A stretch of DNA of 64,000 nt from Patescibacteria group bacterium (GTDB lineage Bacteria; Patescibacteriota; Microgenomatia; UBA1400; MFAQ01), in the NCBI GenBank assembly GCA_943355005.1, contig CALRDV010000002.1, positions 397 to 64,396 of the forward strand, read 5' to 3'. The notes beneath the pieces are model-generated. The model was not told the DNA's origin, did not search any database, and saw only the letters and a program-made list of their open reading frames with translations. Every line of letters starts with the position of its first letter. The stretch's first letter is position 1. This document shows, one piece after another, positions 55,572-64,000 of this stretch. The position numbers and the translations under genes are program-made.

Positions 55572-55892
55572 TTACTTTATTGCTTTATCAATCATTTGAA
55601 TGTAGGCATCCTTGCCTCCAAAACCCACCTGTCGAGCCAATTCTTTTCCCTTCAAAAATAGTATGACGGTAGGAATACTCATCACTCCATAGTCCCCTGC
55701 TACCTTCGAGTTTGCATCTACATCCACCTTACCTACAATAATTTTACCTTCATAAGTTACGGAAAGCTCATCTACAATCGGCGATACGAGGCGGCATGGG
55801 CCACACCAGTCGGCATAAAAGTCCACCATTACCGGTTTGTCGGCTTTAAGGACGTCTGTGTTAAAGTTTTGGTCTGAAAATTTTTGAACCAT
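55572..55892 (-). CDS. trxA: Thioredoxin
   Basis: DFYADWCGPC, VMSIPT. Confidence 0.98.
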   Translation of the reverse strand: MVQKFSDQNFNTDVLKADKPVMVDFYADWCGPCRLVSPIVDELSVTYEGKIIVGKVDVDANSKVAGDYGVMSIPTVILFLKGKELARQVGFGGKDAYIQMIDKAIK

Positions 55893-55936
55893 TTTTTTAT
55901 TTATAAATATTAAAAATAAATTGCATTAATAAATAT

Positions 55937-56164
55937 TTAGAGAAATCTCTTCAATAATTTAGCATATTCTTCTTTGTTACAGCTGTCCATGGCGTCAGCC
56001 AAAAGTGCCTTGGCCACACTTTTAAGGGAGCTCATCGAAGCCACTACTTGGGTCACAACCGCTTCACACTTCTTATCATCGGCAATCATTTTTTCTATTC
56101 CACCCACTTGCCCTTGAATTCTTTTTAGTGCTACTTGGAGTTTTTTCTTTTCTTCAACAGTCAT
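55937..56164 (-). CDS. CsoR/RcnR/CstR-family regulator
   Basis: LKRIQGQVGGIEKMI, CEAVVTQ, C-terminal Cys; start MTVEE. Confidence 0.88.
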   Translation of the reverse strand: MTVEEKKKLQVALKRIQGQVGGIEKMIADDKKCEAVVTQVVASMSSLKSVAKALLADAMDSCNKEEYAKLLKRFL

Positions 56165-56201
56165 ACCTCTAATATACCCCCCATGGTATGTCCATGTCAA
56201 C

Positions 56202-56753
56202 CTAGAAATTTAAAGACAACAATCCAAAGATAATAGACACTAATATGACAAACCACCTCTTCTCTTCCGGATTCACCACCCGTTTAATTTGCCAAAACCA
56301 AAGATCAAACCTCTCGTGGTTCCAGAAATAATCAAATATCAAATCAAAAACTAAATGAATTCCTATACCCAAAATGAAACCTCTGCCAAAGCTACTCGAG
56401 ACACTTGTTACCGCTAGAAGTGCCAAAACTAAATAAACCACCAAGAACAAGAAACTTCTCATTACAAGCTCCTTCTGCTCATGTCTTTCACTTAGTAGAG
56501 TCAATACCCCCTCAGAAAATTTATTTTGACCAAACAAATCTTTTAGCCTCATTCCCAGCGCCTCATTTGGCTTCATAAGAAAGCTGTATATAAATCTATC
56601 GGTAAATACGAACAGGAACCCAATTACAGCACCCAATAGCCACCACAACAAATCCAATCCAAACACAAAATTTCTTGTTATTATCTTAAAAAGAATCAAA
56701 AAAATCAAAAAACCAAACAATACCAATTGATGCAAAGTAACTTTATCTCTCAT
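56202..56753 (-). CDS. Hypothetical membrane protein
   Basis: Several hydrophobic segments. Confidence 0.7.
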   Translation of the reverse strand: MRDKVTLHQLVLFGFLIFLILFKIITRNFVFGLDLLWWLLGAVIGFLFVFTDRFIYSFLMKPNEALGMRLKDLFGQNKFSEGVLTLLSERHEQKELVMRSFLFLVVYLVLALLAVTSVSSSFGRGFILGIGIHLVFDLIFDYFWNHERFDLWFWQIKRVVNPEEKRWFVILVSIIFGLLSLNF

Positions 56754-56796
56754 ATCTCAATTAATTCTAGCACTTCAAAGTACTCCAAAGTACTGA

Positions 56797-58044
56797 TTAG
56801 TCCCACGTCTTTATCTCCACTTGAGGCAATCTTAATTTCTTCGGAGTAACTAAAAGTAAAATTATCGCCACAATAACCATGAATACTCCCATAATTGAGA
56901 ATGTCATTCTTTCTCCTACCACCTGGGCAATTCCACCTGCCAATATCGGACCCAGAATATACGCGATGCTAATTGTCGAACTAGACAAACCCACCATATG
57001 TTTACCCTCTTTACCCATTCTCTGAACAATGTCTGAATAAACAGCATCAATCATCGGCCAAGCCACTGCAAGCGCCGTACCCGTAAGCAAAGACACCGCC
57101 AACATGAACCAGTAAGAGCTAATGACCCCCATCAAACTTAGAAATATACCGGCAATCAGCATTGATATTTCAGCAATTTTCTTTTTCCCTTTATATACAC
57201 CCCATCTTGCCACTACTACGCCGAAAATTACCATTGGAAGCATATAAAACGGCAGAAACATTCCACCCAACCAGTTTTGCTTTGCCAGATTGTCCGACAA
57301 CACTGTTCCTGTAGTCCAAAAAGTCGCATCAATGAGACCCATGACCATACTCACCATTAGTATTGGCCATACGTGTTCCAGCAATACCCACCAAAGTTTC
57401 AGCTCGCGCAAGATATTAACTTTCTCCTCATTTTGCTCTGAAGTCGTTTTTTTTGAATTTCTACCCATTACCAGCCAAATTACGTATCCCAAGAAAACAA
57501 AGAAGGCCGCCGTCAACACTGTTTCAGTATTCCCTTTTGTTAGAGCAATATAGCTCCCAATAATCGGACCCAAGAAATATGCCAAACTTCTAAAAACCCC
57601 CATTATTGCCCAAGCACCGGATCTTGCCGTTGCTGGAACCGCCTCGGAAACAAACTGTTGTCCACCAAACCCCAAAAATTCATAATAAATCCCCCATACC
57701 GCCATAGCTATCAAGAAAAACACCACCCAAGGTAAGACGATAGACCAAAGCAAAACACCACAAAACACCAAACTTGTCCCTATTGCCATCAGCATCAGCT
57801 TCCTGGTTCGAACAAGCTTGAGAAGTTGAGGAAAAACCAAGTCTGCTCCAAATCCCACCAACGATGAAAACGAGAGAATTAATCCCATTACCAAAGAACT
57901 ATGGGTAGAGTCTTGAACAAACGAAGGAACCCAATCACTCAAGATACCATCGCCCAAATATATAAAGAAAAGCATTAAGGACAAAACCAAAACTCTTCCC
58001 CAAAAACCTCCAAGCAAGTTTCCTATTTGAAATTTTCTATTCAC
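56797..58044 (-). CDS. MFS transporter
   Basis: About 12 TM segments, AYFLGPIIG and AYILGPILAG repeats. Confidence 0.88.
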   Translation of the reverse strand: MNRKFQIGNLLGGFWGRVLVLSLMLFFIYLGDGILSDWVPSFVQDSTHSSLVMGLILSFSSLVGFGADLVFPQLLKLVRTRKLMLMAIGTSLVFCGVLLWSIVLPWVVFFLIAMAVWGIYYEFLGFGGQQFVSEAVPATARSGAWAIMGVFRSLAYFLGPIIGSYIALTKGNTETVLTAAFFVFLGYVIWLVMGRNSKKTTSEQNEEKVNILRELKLWWVLLEHVWPILMVSMVMGLIDATFWTTGTVLSDNLAKQNWLGGMFLPFYMLPMVIFGVVVARWGVYKGKKKIAEISMLIAGIFLSLMGVISSYWFMLAVSLLTGTALAVAWPMIDAVYSDIVQRMGKEGKHMVGLSSSTISIAYILGPILAGGIAQVVGERMTFSIMGVFMVIVAIILLLVTPKKLRLPQVEIKTWD

Positions 58045-58080
58045 CTTTTTATCATACTAGAATTTTTTATGCCAAATTTA

Positions 58081-58127
58081 GTCATTCCGGGCTTGAATCG
58101 GCCGCTGGTACCCGAAGGGGTGAATCC
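58081..58127 (+). repeat. Composite palindromic element
   Basis: gtcattccgggcttga...tgaatcca. Confidence 0.7.
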
Positions 58128-58432
58128 ATCCGGATTTTTCTTTCAACTATTTCCTCTTTAATTTGTTTCAGTTTCCACATAAACATTTTTCCTTTACTTC
58201 TGGCTCCGGCATCCATCACAAAACTTTTGGCCCGTTCCACCAGCTCTCTGGGGTTGCTTTTCACGATTCTCATGTATATTGCTGTGTGAGCCACGTCATC
58301 CAAAGCCAAGGCCAGCCTGTAGGCATAGTCCTGCCATTCCCTACTTATTCTCTTTTGCTTGGTCTCGTCTATCTCGTACTTATCCAAGATCTTCGTCATC
58401 GAACTAAAACCTATTTTATTCATCTTTAACAT
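58082..58432 (-). CDS. Small basic hypothetical protein whose C-terminus and stop derive from a palindromic element
   Basis: ISREWQDYAYRLA...KGKMFMWK; last residues MDSPLRVPAADSSPE overlap the repeat at 58081-58127. Confidence 0.7.
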   Translation of the reverse strand: MLKMNKIGFSSMTKILDKYEIDETKQKRISREWQDYAYRLALALDDVAHTAIYMRIVKSNPRELVERAKSFVMDAGARSKGKMFMWKLKQIKEEIVERKIRMDSPLRVPAADSSPE

Positions 58433-58481
58433 TTTAACCTAAATACAAAACGTCCTGCGATAAATGTAAAATATCTTAAAC

Positions 58482-60296
58482 ATGCCAAAATTACAAAAAT
58501 CCCTATCGAGCTTTAAACAATTCCTCGTTACCTATCGTTCAACCTTAAATCTAGTGTGGCAACTAGACCGTTCATCCTTTATCAAAATAACCATCGTCAA
58601 CGCGCTCAATGGTGCATTAGTCTACCCATCTTTACTAGTCAGCAAGCTACTTATTGATTCTGTTATGGATGCCATCGTCTCTCATAATGTTGCCGGAGGT
58701 GTCAGAATGATGATATTGGCTTCGATCGGAGGACTTGTTATAGATCGCATACAGCAAGTACTTCAAGGAATCGATCGAATCCAAAGCCGAGTCCTTTCTT
58801 CGACTCTTCAAGAAAAAATTCAATTATCGATTGCTCGGAAAATTAACCAGCTACCTATTTTAGTTGCTGAAAATCCTGAGTCGAGAGATTTGATGCAAAA
58901 AGTGTTAGACAAATCAGGTAACTCTATCTGGTCATTCATCATTCCTATATCCACGCTACCAGAAATTATTTTTACCATTATCTCTACCGCCATTCCAATT
59001 TTCTCTTTCCAGCCCTGGATAGTAATTCCTTGTATTCTTCTAGCCATTCCTAACATTATTGTAAACATCGGCTCTTCCAAAGCGTGGCATGCCCTATCTG
59101 ATGAATACTCTCCCCGCTGGAGAATTTATCGAGCTTTAGAAGACTTTGCTGTCAAAGGCAAATACTTATACGAGAACAAAATTCTGGGTCACATTGAGAC
59201 ACTACTCAACAGAAGGTTAAAAATGGCAACCGAATACTATAACACCACGAAAGTAATCGAGAAAAAATATACTATTAGAGGACAGGTTCTCTCAGTTCCC
59301 CTTTCGTTATTTCAAACCGGTTCGAGACTCTATTTATACTATCTTGCCATCATTCAAACATTAACTTTAGGTACAGCAAACATTACGAGCACTGCCATTG
59401 ACCGCTTCATTGGAAACGTTAGTCGATTAATCAGACAAGCTAGCGACATTTTTCAAAACTATCTATTTATCTCCGATTATGAGCAATTTATGTCCCTTCC
59501 GGAAGAAGATCAAATCACTGGAATTAAGCTTCCAAATAATTTTTCGGAGGGCATCGAATTTAAAGATGTTTGGTTTAAATATGACCACTCACCCAATTGG
59601 ATCCTTAAAGGTGTCAGTTTCAAAGTTGATCCGACGGACAATATCGCCATAGTAGGAGAAAACGGTGCCGGAAAAACTACTCTAATCAAGCTTCTCTGCC
59701 GATTTTATGAACCTCAGAAGGGTGAAATATATGTAAACGGCCAAAATATCCAAAATTACAACCTTAAAGATTATCGTCATGCCATTTCAGCTCTCTTCCA
59801 AGACTTTGCCCAATACCCTTTTTCAGTCGAAGACAATATTCGTTTTGGAGACGTAGGAAGAAAGAAAATCAAAAAAGATATTAGGCTAGCGGCTAAGCTC
59901 ACAGGCATAACAGATTTTATTAAATCCCTTCCACTTCAATACAAAAATCCTCTTGATAAAGAATTCGAAGGCGGTATCGAACCCTCCAAAGGACTCTGGC
60001 AAAGAATTGCACTTTCCCGCATCCTCTACCGCAATGCCCAGATCTTGATCTTAGACGAACCAACCTCCAATGTTGATCCCAAATCTGAAGAAGAAATCTT
60101 TGCAGATGTTCTAAGAGTTGCCAAAGAAAAAATGATTTTCTTGGTCTCTCACCGCTTTAGCACGGTCAGGAAAGCCGACAAAATTTTGGTTCTGGAAAAT
60201 GGTCTGGCTGTAGAATATGGGTCGCACGAACAACTAATGAAACAAAACGGTCGATACAAAGAGTTGTTCTCACTACAAGCTCAAAGTTATCAGTAG
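58482..60296 (+). CDS. ABC transporter, fused permease/ATP-binding
   Basis: GENGAGKTT, LFQDF, PSKGLWQR signature variant, ILDEPTS, SHRFST. Confidence 0.95.
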   Translation: MPKLQKSLSSFKQFLVTYRSTLNLVWQLDRSSFIKITIVNALNGALVYPSLLVSKLLIDSVMDAIVSHNVAGGVRMMILASIGGLVIDRIQQVLQGIDRIQSRVLSSTLQEKIQLSIARKINQLPILVAENPESRDLMQKVLDKSGNSIWSFIIPISTLPEIIFTIISTAIPIFSFQPWIVIPCILLAIPNIIVNIGSSKAWHALSDEYSPRWRIYRALEDFAVKGKYLYENKILGHIETLLNRRLKMATEYYNTTKVIEKKYTIRGQVLSVPLSLFQTGSRLYLYYLAIIQTLTLGTANITSTAIDRFIGNVSRLIRQASDIFQNYLFISDYEQFMSLPEEDQITGIKLPNNFSEGIEFKDVWFKYDHSPNWILKGVSFKVDPTDNIAIVGENGAGKTTLIKLLCRFYEPQKGEIYVNGQNIQNYNLKDYRHAISALFQDFAQYPFSVEDNIRFGDVGRKKIKKDIRLAAKLTGITDFIKSLPLQYKNPLDKEFEGGIEPSKGLWQRIALSRILYRNAQILILDEPTSNVDPKSEEEIFADVLRVAKEKMIFLVSHRFSTVRKADKILVLENGLAVEYGSHEQLMKQNGRYKELFSLQAQSYQ

Positions 60297-60794
60297 TTCT
60301 GTGATTGCTCCACCAATCACTTCATTTAATACTTTCTTTTCTTCTTTGCCAAAGTCATCCAGTACGTAATCCGCCCCCGATAGATTGGTCGGCACTTGTT
60401 TTCTGTTATCTACTCCCAGTCGAACCCGTAAGAAGTTCATCGAACCTAGATACTGCTCTACCGAATTCACTCCGTTGTGAACCTTAGGGCCCACCCCCAT
60501 CTGAATTTTTCTCTCTCCAAGCGAAATATCCAAATCATCGTGGACCACGATGACATCGGACGGAAGAAGTTTATAGAAATCCACCAGTCTTCTGACGGCT
60601 CGCCCAGAATCGTTCATAAAAGTCTGAGGCTTTACCAGCAAGAAACCATCTTTTTCCATAATTTCCGCTTCAAATTTTTTACTCATAGAAAACTTTCCCT
60701 TCTCTAGCATTCTATCGACAAAAATAAAGCCGGCATTATGCCTGGTACTTTTATATTTTTCTCCGGGATTTCCCAGTCCTACTATTAATTTCAT
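60273..60794 (-). CDS. pth: Peptidyl-tRNA hydrolase
   Basis: GLGNPG, TRHNAG, KPQTFMNDSG, HDDLD, HNGV. Confidence 0.97.
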   Translation of the reverse strand: MKLIVGLGNPGEKYKSTRHNAGFIFVDRMLEKGKFSMSKKFEAEIMEKDGFLLVKPQTFMNDSGRAVRRLVDFYKLLPSDVIVVHDDLDISLGERKIQMGVGPKVHNGVNSVEQYLGSMNFLRVRLGVDNRKQVPTNLSGADYVLDDFGKEEKKVLNEVIGGAITELLITLSL

Positions 60795-60820
60795 TTTTTA
60801 TTATCGTTTATAATTCACTT

Positions 60821-61381
60821 GTGAAAATCACCCTTCTGGTTATTTTAACCTTACTTATCCTATTATATATACCACTAAACCGTCAGCAGCCCATTTACTC
60901 GTTCAAACTCAGCCTGGACGATCGTATTCCATTCCTGCCTTGGACAGTCTGGGTCTATTACCTCTACTACTTGGTGTTTCTAGTTAGTATTTTTCTCCTA
61001 TGGGATTCTCTTTTTATAATTCCTTACCTCACTACTCAAACAGTCAGCACAGCCATCGCCTCGCTAATCTGGAAAATTTTTCCCAACGGTGTTGTCAGGC
61101 CAAAAATAGAAAAGCTGGAAACTTACAGCCAAATAATCCTCCACCATCATTACCAATACGACAAAGACTGCAACGGTCTACCTAGCGGACATGTCATGCA
61201 AACCTTTATAGCCTGTCTTTTCCTATCAAGCCTATATCCTCAACTTTGGATTATTTTTTATTTCATCCTCCTAGCTGTTAGTTTTTCCACTCTTACTACC
61301 AAGCAGCATTACTTTGTGGACATGATTACCACCCTTTGTCTCACTCCCGCTTTGATAGAACTAAGCAAGTTGGTATTTTAA
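60821..61381 (+). CDS. PAP2-like membrane phosphatase/phosphotransferase
   Basis: LPSGH, STLTTKQHYFVD. Confidence 0.85.
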   Translation: MKITLLVILTLLILLYIPLNRQQPIYSFKLSLDDRIPFLPWTVWVYYLYYLVFLVSIFLLWDSLFIIPYLTTQTVSTAIASLIWKIFPNGVVRPKIEKLETYSQIILHHHYQYDKDCNGLPSGHVMQTFIACLFLSSLYPQLWIIFYFILLAVSFSTLTTKQHYFVDMITTLCLTPALIELSKLVF

Positions 61382-61402
61382 GCATATGTGTATAATCGAT
61401 TT

Positions 61403-62281
61403 ATGTCAGACAAGCAGCCTTTTTTCTCTATTATTATCCCGGCCCTAAACGAAGAAAAGTATCTTCCCTTATTGCTTGCAGATCTGGCGAAACAATCTTC
61501 ACAGGACTTTGAAGTTATTGTGGTAGACGGTCAGTCTACAGACAATACTGTCGAAAGGGTAAAAACCTTCAAAGACAAACTACCCTCCTTGAAGATTCTA
61601 ACCAGCAAAATTAGAAATGTTTCCGTTCAAAGGAATTTGGGGGCTGAAAATGCTACCGGCAAATACCTACTATTCAACGACGCTGACAATGGACTCCCAG
61701 AGTACTTTCTTGAAGGTGTTAAATATCAATTACACGTCAAACCGTTCGATTTGTTTACAGCTTGGTTTAACCCAGATTCTCAAGAGACACTCGATAAAGC
61801 CACCGCCACTTACATGAACATCATTATTGAAGCAGCTATGCTCTTAAATCAGCCGGCTGCTTATGGAGCTTTAATAGGATGCAAGAGGAGTATCTACAAA
61901 CACATTGGAGGCTTCAATCCGGAAGTCGGTTTTGCTGAAGATACCGAATTTGTTAACAGAGGCTACAAGAAAGGACATACCTTTGGTGTTATTCATGAAC
62001 CCAGATACGTCTATTCCTTTCGAAGATTCAGAAAAATTGGCAAACTGAAGCTTATCCAAAAATACGCCATTCTAAACCTTAAATTTCTAACAAATCAGAA
62101 GGTAGATCAAAAAAAGGAGTACCCCATGGGAGGCGGATATCTTGAAGAAGAAGCCAGGATTACTACAGATCTCACTCAGCTAATCAAATCAACCTTCAAC
62201 AAAAAAGGTAAACGAGGCAAAAAAACAAACACCATAGATCGCATCAGGGCACTTCTAAGCTTGGAAGAGAACCAGCCTTAA
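61403..62281 (+). CDS. Glycosyltransferase family 2
   Basis: SIIIPALNEE, VVDGQSTD, QRNLGA, DAD, EDTEF; start MSDKQ 6 nt after TATAAT. Confidence 0.92.
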   Translation: MSDKQPFFSIIIPALNEEKYLPLLLADLAKQSSQDFEVIVVDGQSTDNTVERVKTFKDKLPSLKILTSKIRNVSVQRNLGAENATGKYLLFNDADNGLPEYFLEGVKYQLHVKPFDLFTAWFNPDSQETLDKATATYMNIIIEAAMLLNQPAAYGALIGCKRSIYKHIGGFNPEVGFAEDTEFVNRGYKKGHTFGVIHEPRYVYSFRRFRKIGKLKLIQKYAILNLKFLTNQKVDQKKEYPMGGGYLEEEARITTDLTQLIKSTFNKKGKRGKKTNTIDRIRALLSLEENQP

Positions 62282-63243
62282 GCCAGCATAAGCTGGAGCC
62301 CCAAAAACATCACGAACACTCCTATGAGGACTGCCCCTTCCCATCTCTCCAACTTGTGCTTGGATTTAGTAAACAACCAAAACAATCCCAAGATAGTAAT
62401 CAGGAAGACTCCAGCAACCCCTCTTTGTAATCGGTCGACATAAGCAATGGGATTTATTATTGCGATAATTCCCAAGATTAGGGTTGAATTAACCACCACA
62501 CTTCCTAACACATTTCCCAGCACCAATGAAATCTCTCGTTTCTCTGACGCCACTATTGAGAGTACGAGCTCAGGCAAAGTTGTACCAATTGCAATTACCA
62601 CCATCCCAATCCAAAAAGGACTGACATTAAGTGTTGTGCTTACTCTTAACACCAAATTAATAAGCATCCACGAACTGGCGGCGAGGATTACAAAGGCCAA
62701 AAGTAAAATCATCATGTGAGCCACCCACTCGACCTTTGTTTTAATATGGTGAACTGTTTGCTTTCTTCCGGAATGTTTCAAGTGCTTAAGAGTGTTGCTT
62801 CCTCCCTTGATCGAAATATAGGCATAAACGAAGTATAAGAAAATTAACAGGATACCATCCCATCTCGACAATGTCCCATCCGATATCAAAAGGAATGGTG
62901 CCATAACCAAACCAATCGAAATCCAAAGTTCTTTAGATAAATAGTCACCTACTACAGGAATAGAGCCAAAAACCAAAGCTGCCCCACCAATGATCCAACT
63001 TAAGTTAGCCAAATTAGCTCCAATTATATTTCCAAGTGCGATCTGAGGCTGGCCATTAATAGAGCTGGCTACACCCACGAACAACTCCGGCAATGAGGTT
63101 GAAATTGCTACCAGCAAAGTAGCCAGCATCAACTTGTTTACCTTCATTTCATAAGCAATTTTTTCAAAAACATCTACCGCCACTCCGGAAGAGACTACAA
63201 GAATAATTATCAATAAAGTCCCAGTTAAAATATCCACTAACAT
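62278..63243 (-). CDS. Ca2+/cation (YrbG-like) antiporter
   Basis: STSLPEL/GTTLPEL and GNIIGAN/GNVLGS alpha repeats. Confidence 0.9.
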   Translation of the reverse strand: MLVDILTGTLLIIILVVSSGVAVDVFEKIAYEMKVNKLMLATLLVAISTSLPELFVGVASSINGQPQIALGNIIGANLANLSWIIGGAALVFGSIPVVGDYLSKELWISIGLVMAPFLLISDGTLSRWDGILLIFLYFVYAYISIKGGSNTLKHLKHSGRKQTVHHIKTKVEWVAHMMILLLAFVILAASSWMLINLVLRVSTTLNVSPFWIGMVVIAIGTTLPELVLSIVASEKREISLVLGNVLGSVVVNSTLILGIIAIINPIAYVDRLQRGVAGVFLITILGLFWLFTKSKHKLERWEGAVLIGVFVMFLGLQLMLA

Positions 63244-63270
63244 ACCTTTATTTAACCATACTTAGGCCAT

Positions 63271-63912
63271 TCACTCTACCGTTTTCTTCTTACGTTTCGA
63301 TACTTCTATCAAAATAGGCACAACTGAAATTCCAATTATAAGAACCACCATATAATGGAAATTTTCTTTAAAAAACGGTAGATTCCCAAAAGCATACCCT
63401 CCCATTAAAAACAACGTAACCCAACTAATTCCACCAATTATGTTAAAAGATATAAAGCGTCCATAATGCATCTTACTTATACCAGCCACAAAAGGAGCAA
63501 AGGTTCTTACAATTGGCACAAATCTGGCAAAAACTATCGCCTTCCCACCATGTTTTTGATAAAACTCTTCCGCCTGATCAAGATACTCTTTTTTAAAAAA
63601 CCGACTTCTTCCGTCGAACACCTTACGTTCTAGTTTATCCCCTATCCAGTAATTAACAGTGTCCCCAACCACCGCTGCGGCTACCATTAGAACATAAAGA
63701 AAGACAATATTAAAAGAACCTGAAGCCGCCAAAGCTCCTGCTGCAAATAAGAGTGAATCTCCCGGCAAAAAAGGGGTAATTACAAGTCCTGTTTCCATAA
63801 AAATTATTAAAAACAAAAGACCATAGGTTAGTGCACCATACTGAGCAATAATCACAGCCAAATTCTTATCTATATGTAAAAAAATATCTAAGAGGTTTTG
63901 CAAAATTTCCAT
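63271..63912 (-). CDS. dedA: DedA-family membrane protein
   Basis: ETGLVITPFLPGDSLLFAAG, ARFVPIVRTFAPFVAG. Confidence 0.96.
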   Translation of the reverse strand: MEILQNLLDIFLHIDKNLAVIIAQYGALTYGLLFLIIFMETGLVITPFLPGDSLLFAAGALAASGSFNIVFLYVLMVAAAVVGDTVNYWIGDKLERKVFDGRSRFFKKEYLDQAEEFYQKHGGKAIVFARFVPIVRTFAPFVAGISKMHYGRFISFNIIGGISWVTLFLMGGYAFGNLPFFKENFHYMVVLIIGISVVPILIEVSKRKKKTVE

Positions 63913-64000
63913 TATTCAATTCTACCTCATCTTTTACTAAACAATGCATAATCAAAAACATACTGATACCCAACATACTTTCCTCCTTTTCCGGAAACTT

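Overview
Chromosomal window from a Patescibacteria/CPR bacterium, most likely Microgenomates. This is inferred from 16S primer-site mismatches and gene content. It holds a stand-alone 16S rRNA gene, mnmA, a RimK/ATP-grasp cluster, surface proteins plus a DsbA, mur/ddl genes, a long RelA/SpoT homologue, nine aminoacyl-tRNA synthetase genes (leuS, aspS, glyS, hisS, two tyrS, thrS, lysS, argS), trxAB, pth and transporters. Most genes are on the minus strand. The main signals are non-coding or below gene scale. (1) Two T-box riboswitches have an ultrashort Stem I whose apical loop carries the cognate codon: CGC before argS, with a terminator/antiterminator pair, and ACC before thrS. (2) An 11.8-kb repeat-free block (dikinase-like, HD, GNAT, second TyrRS, PLP decarboxylase, M20 hydrolase, HisRS, GNAT, M20 hydrolase) starts with a full-length T-box and contains His-rich leader-peptide attenuators. 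(3) About 27 palindromic elements, all in one orientation, of which about 12 lie inside genes (leuS, argS, mnmA, murB, a TMTC-like gene and one ORF end), reminiscent of Rickettsia palindromic elements. (4) A pervasive leaderless-type promoter layout. (5) A circularly permuted DsbA. All RNA structures were paired by eye and no database search was run.
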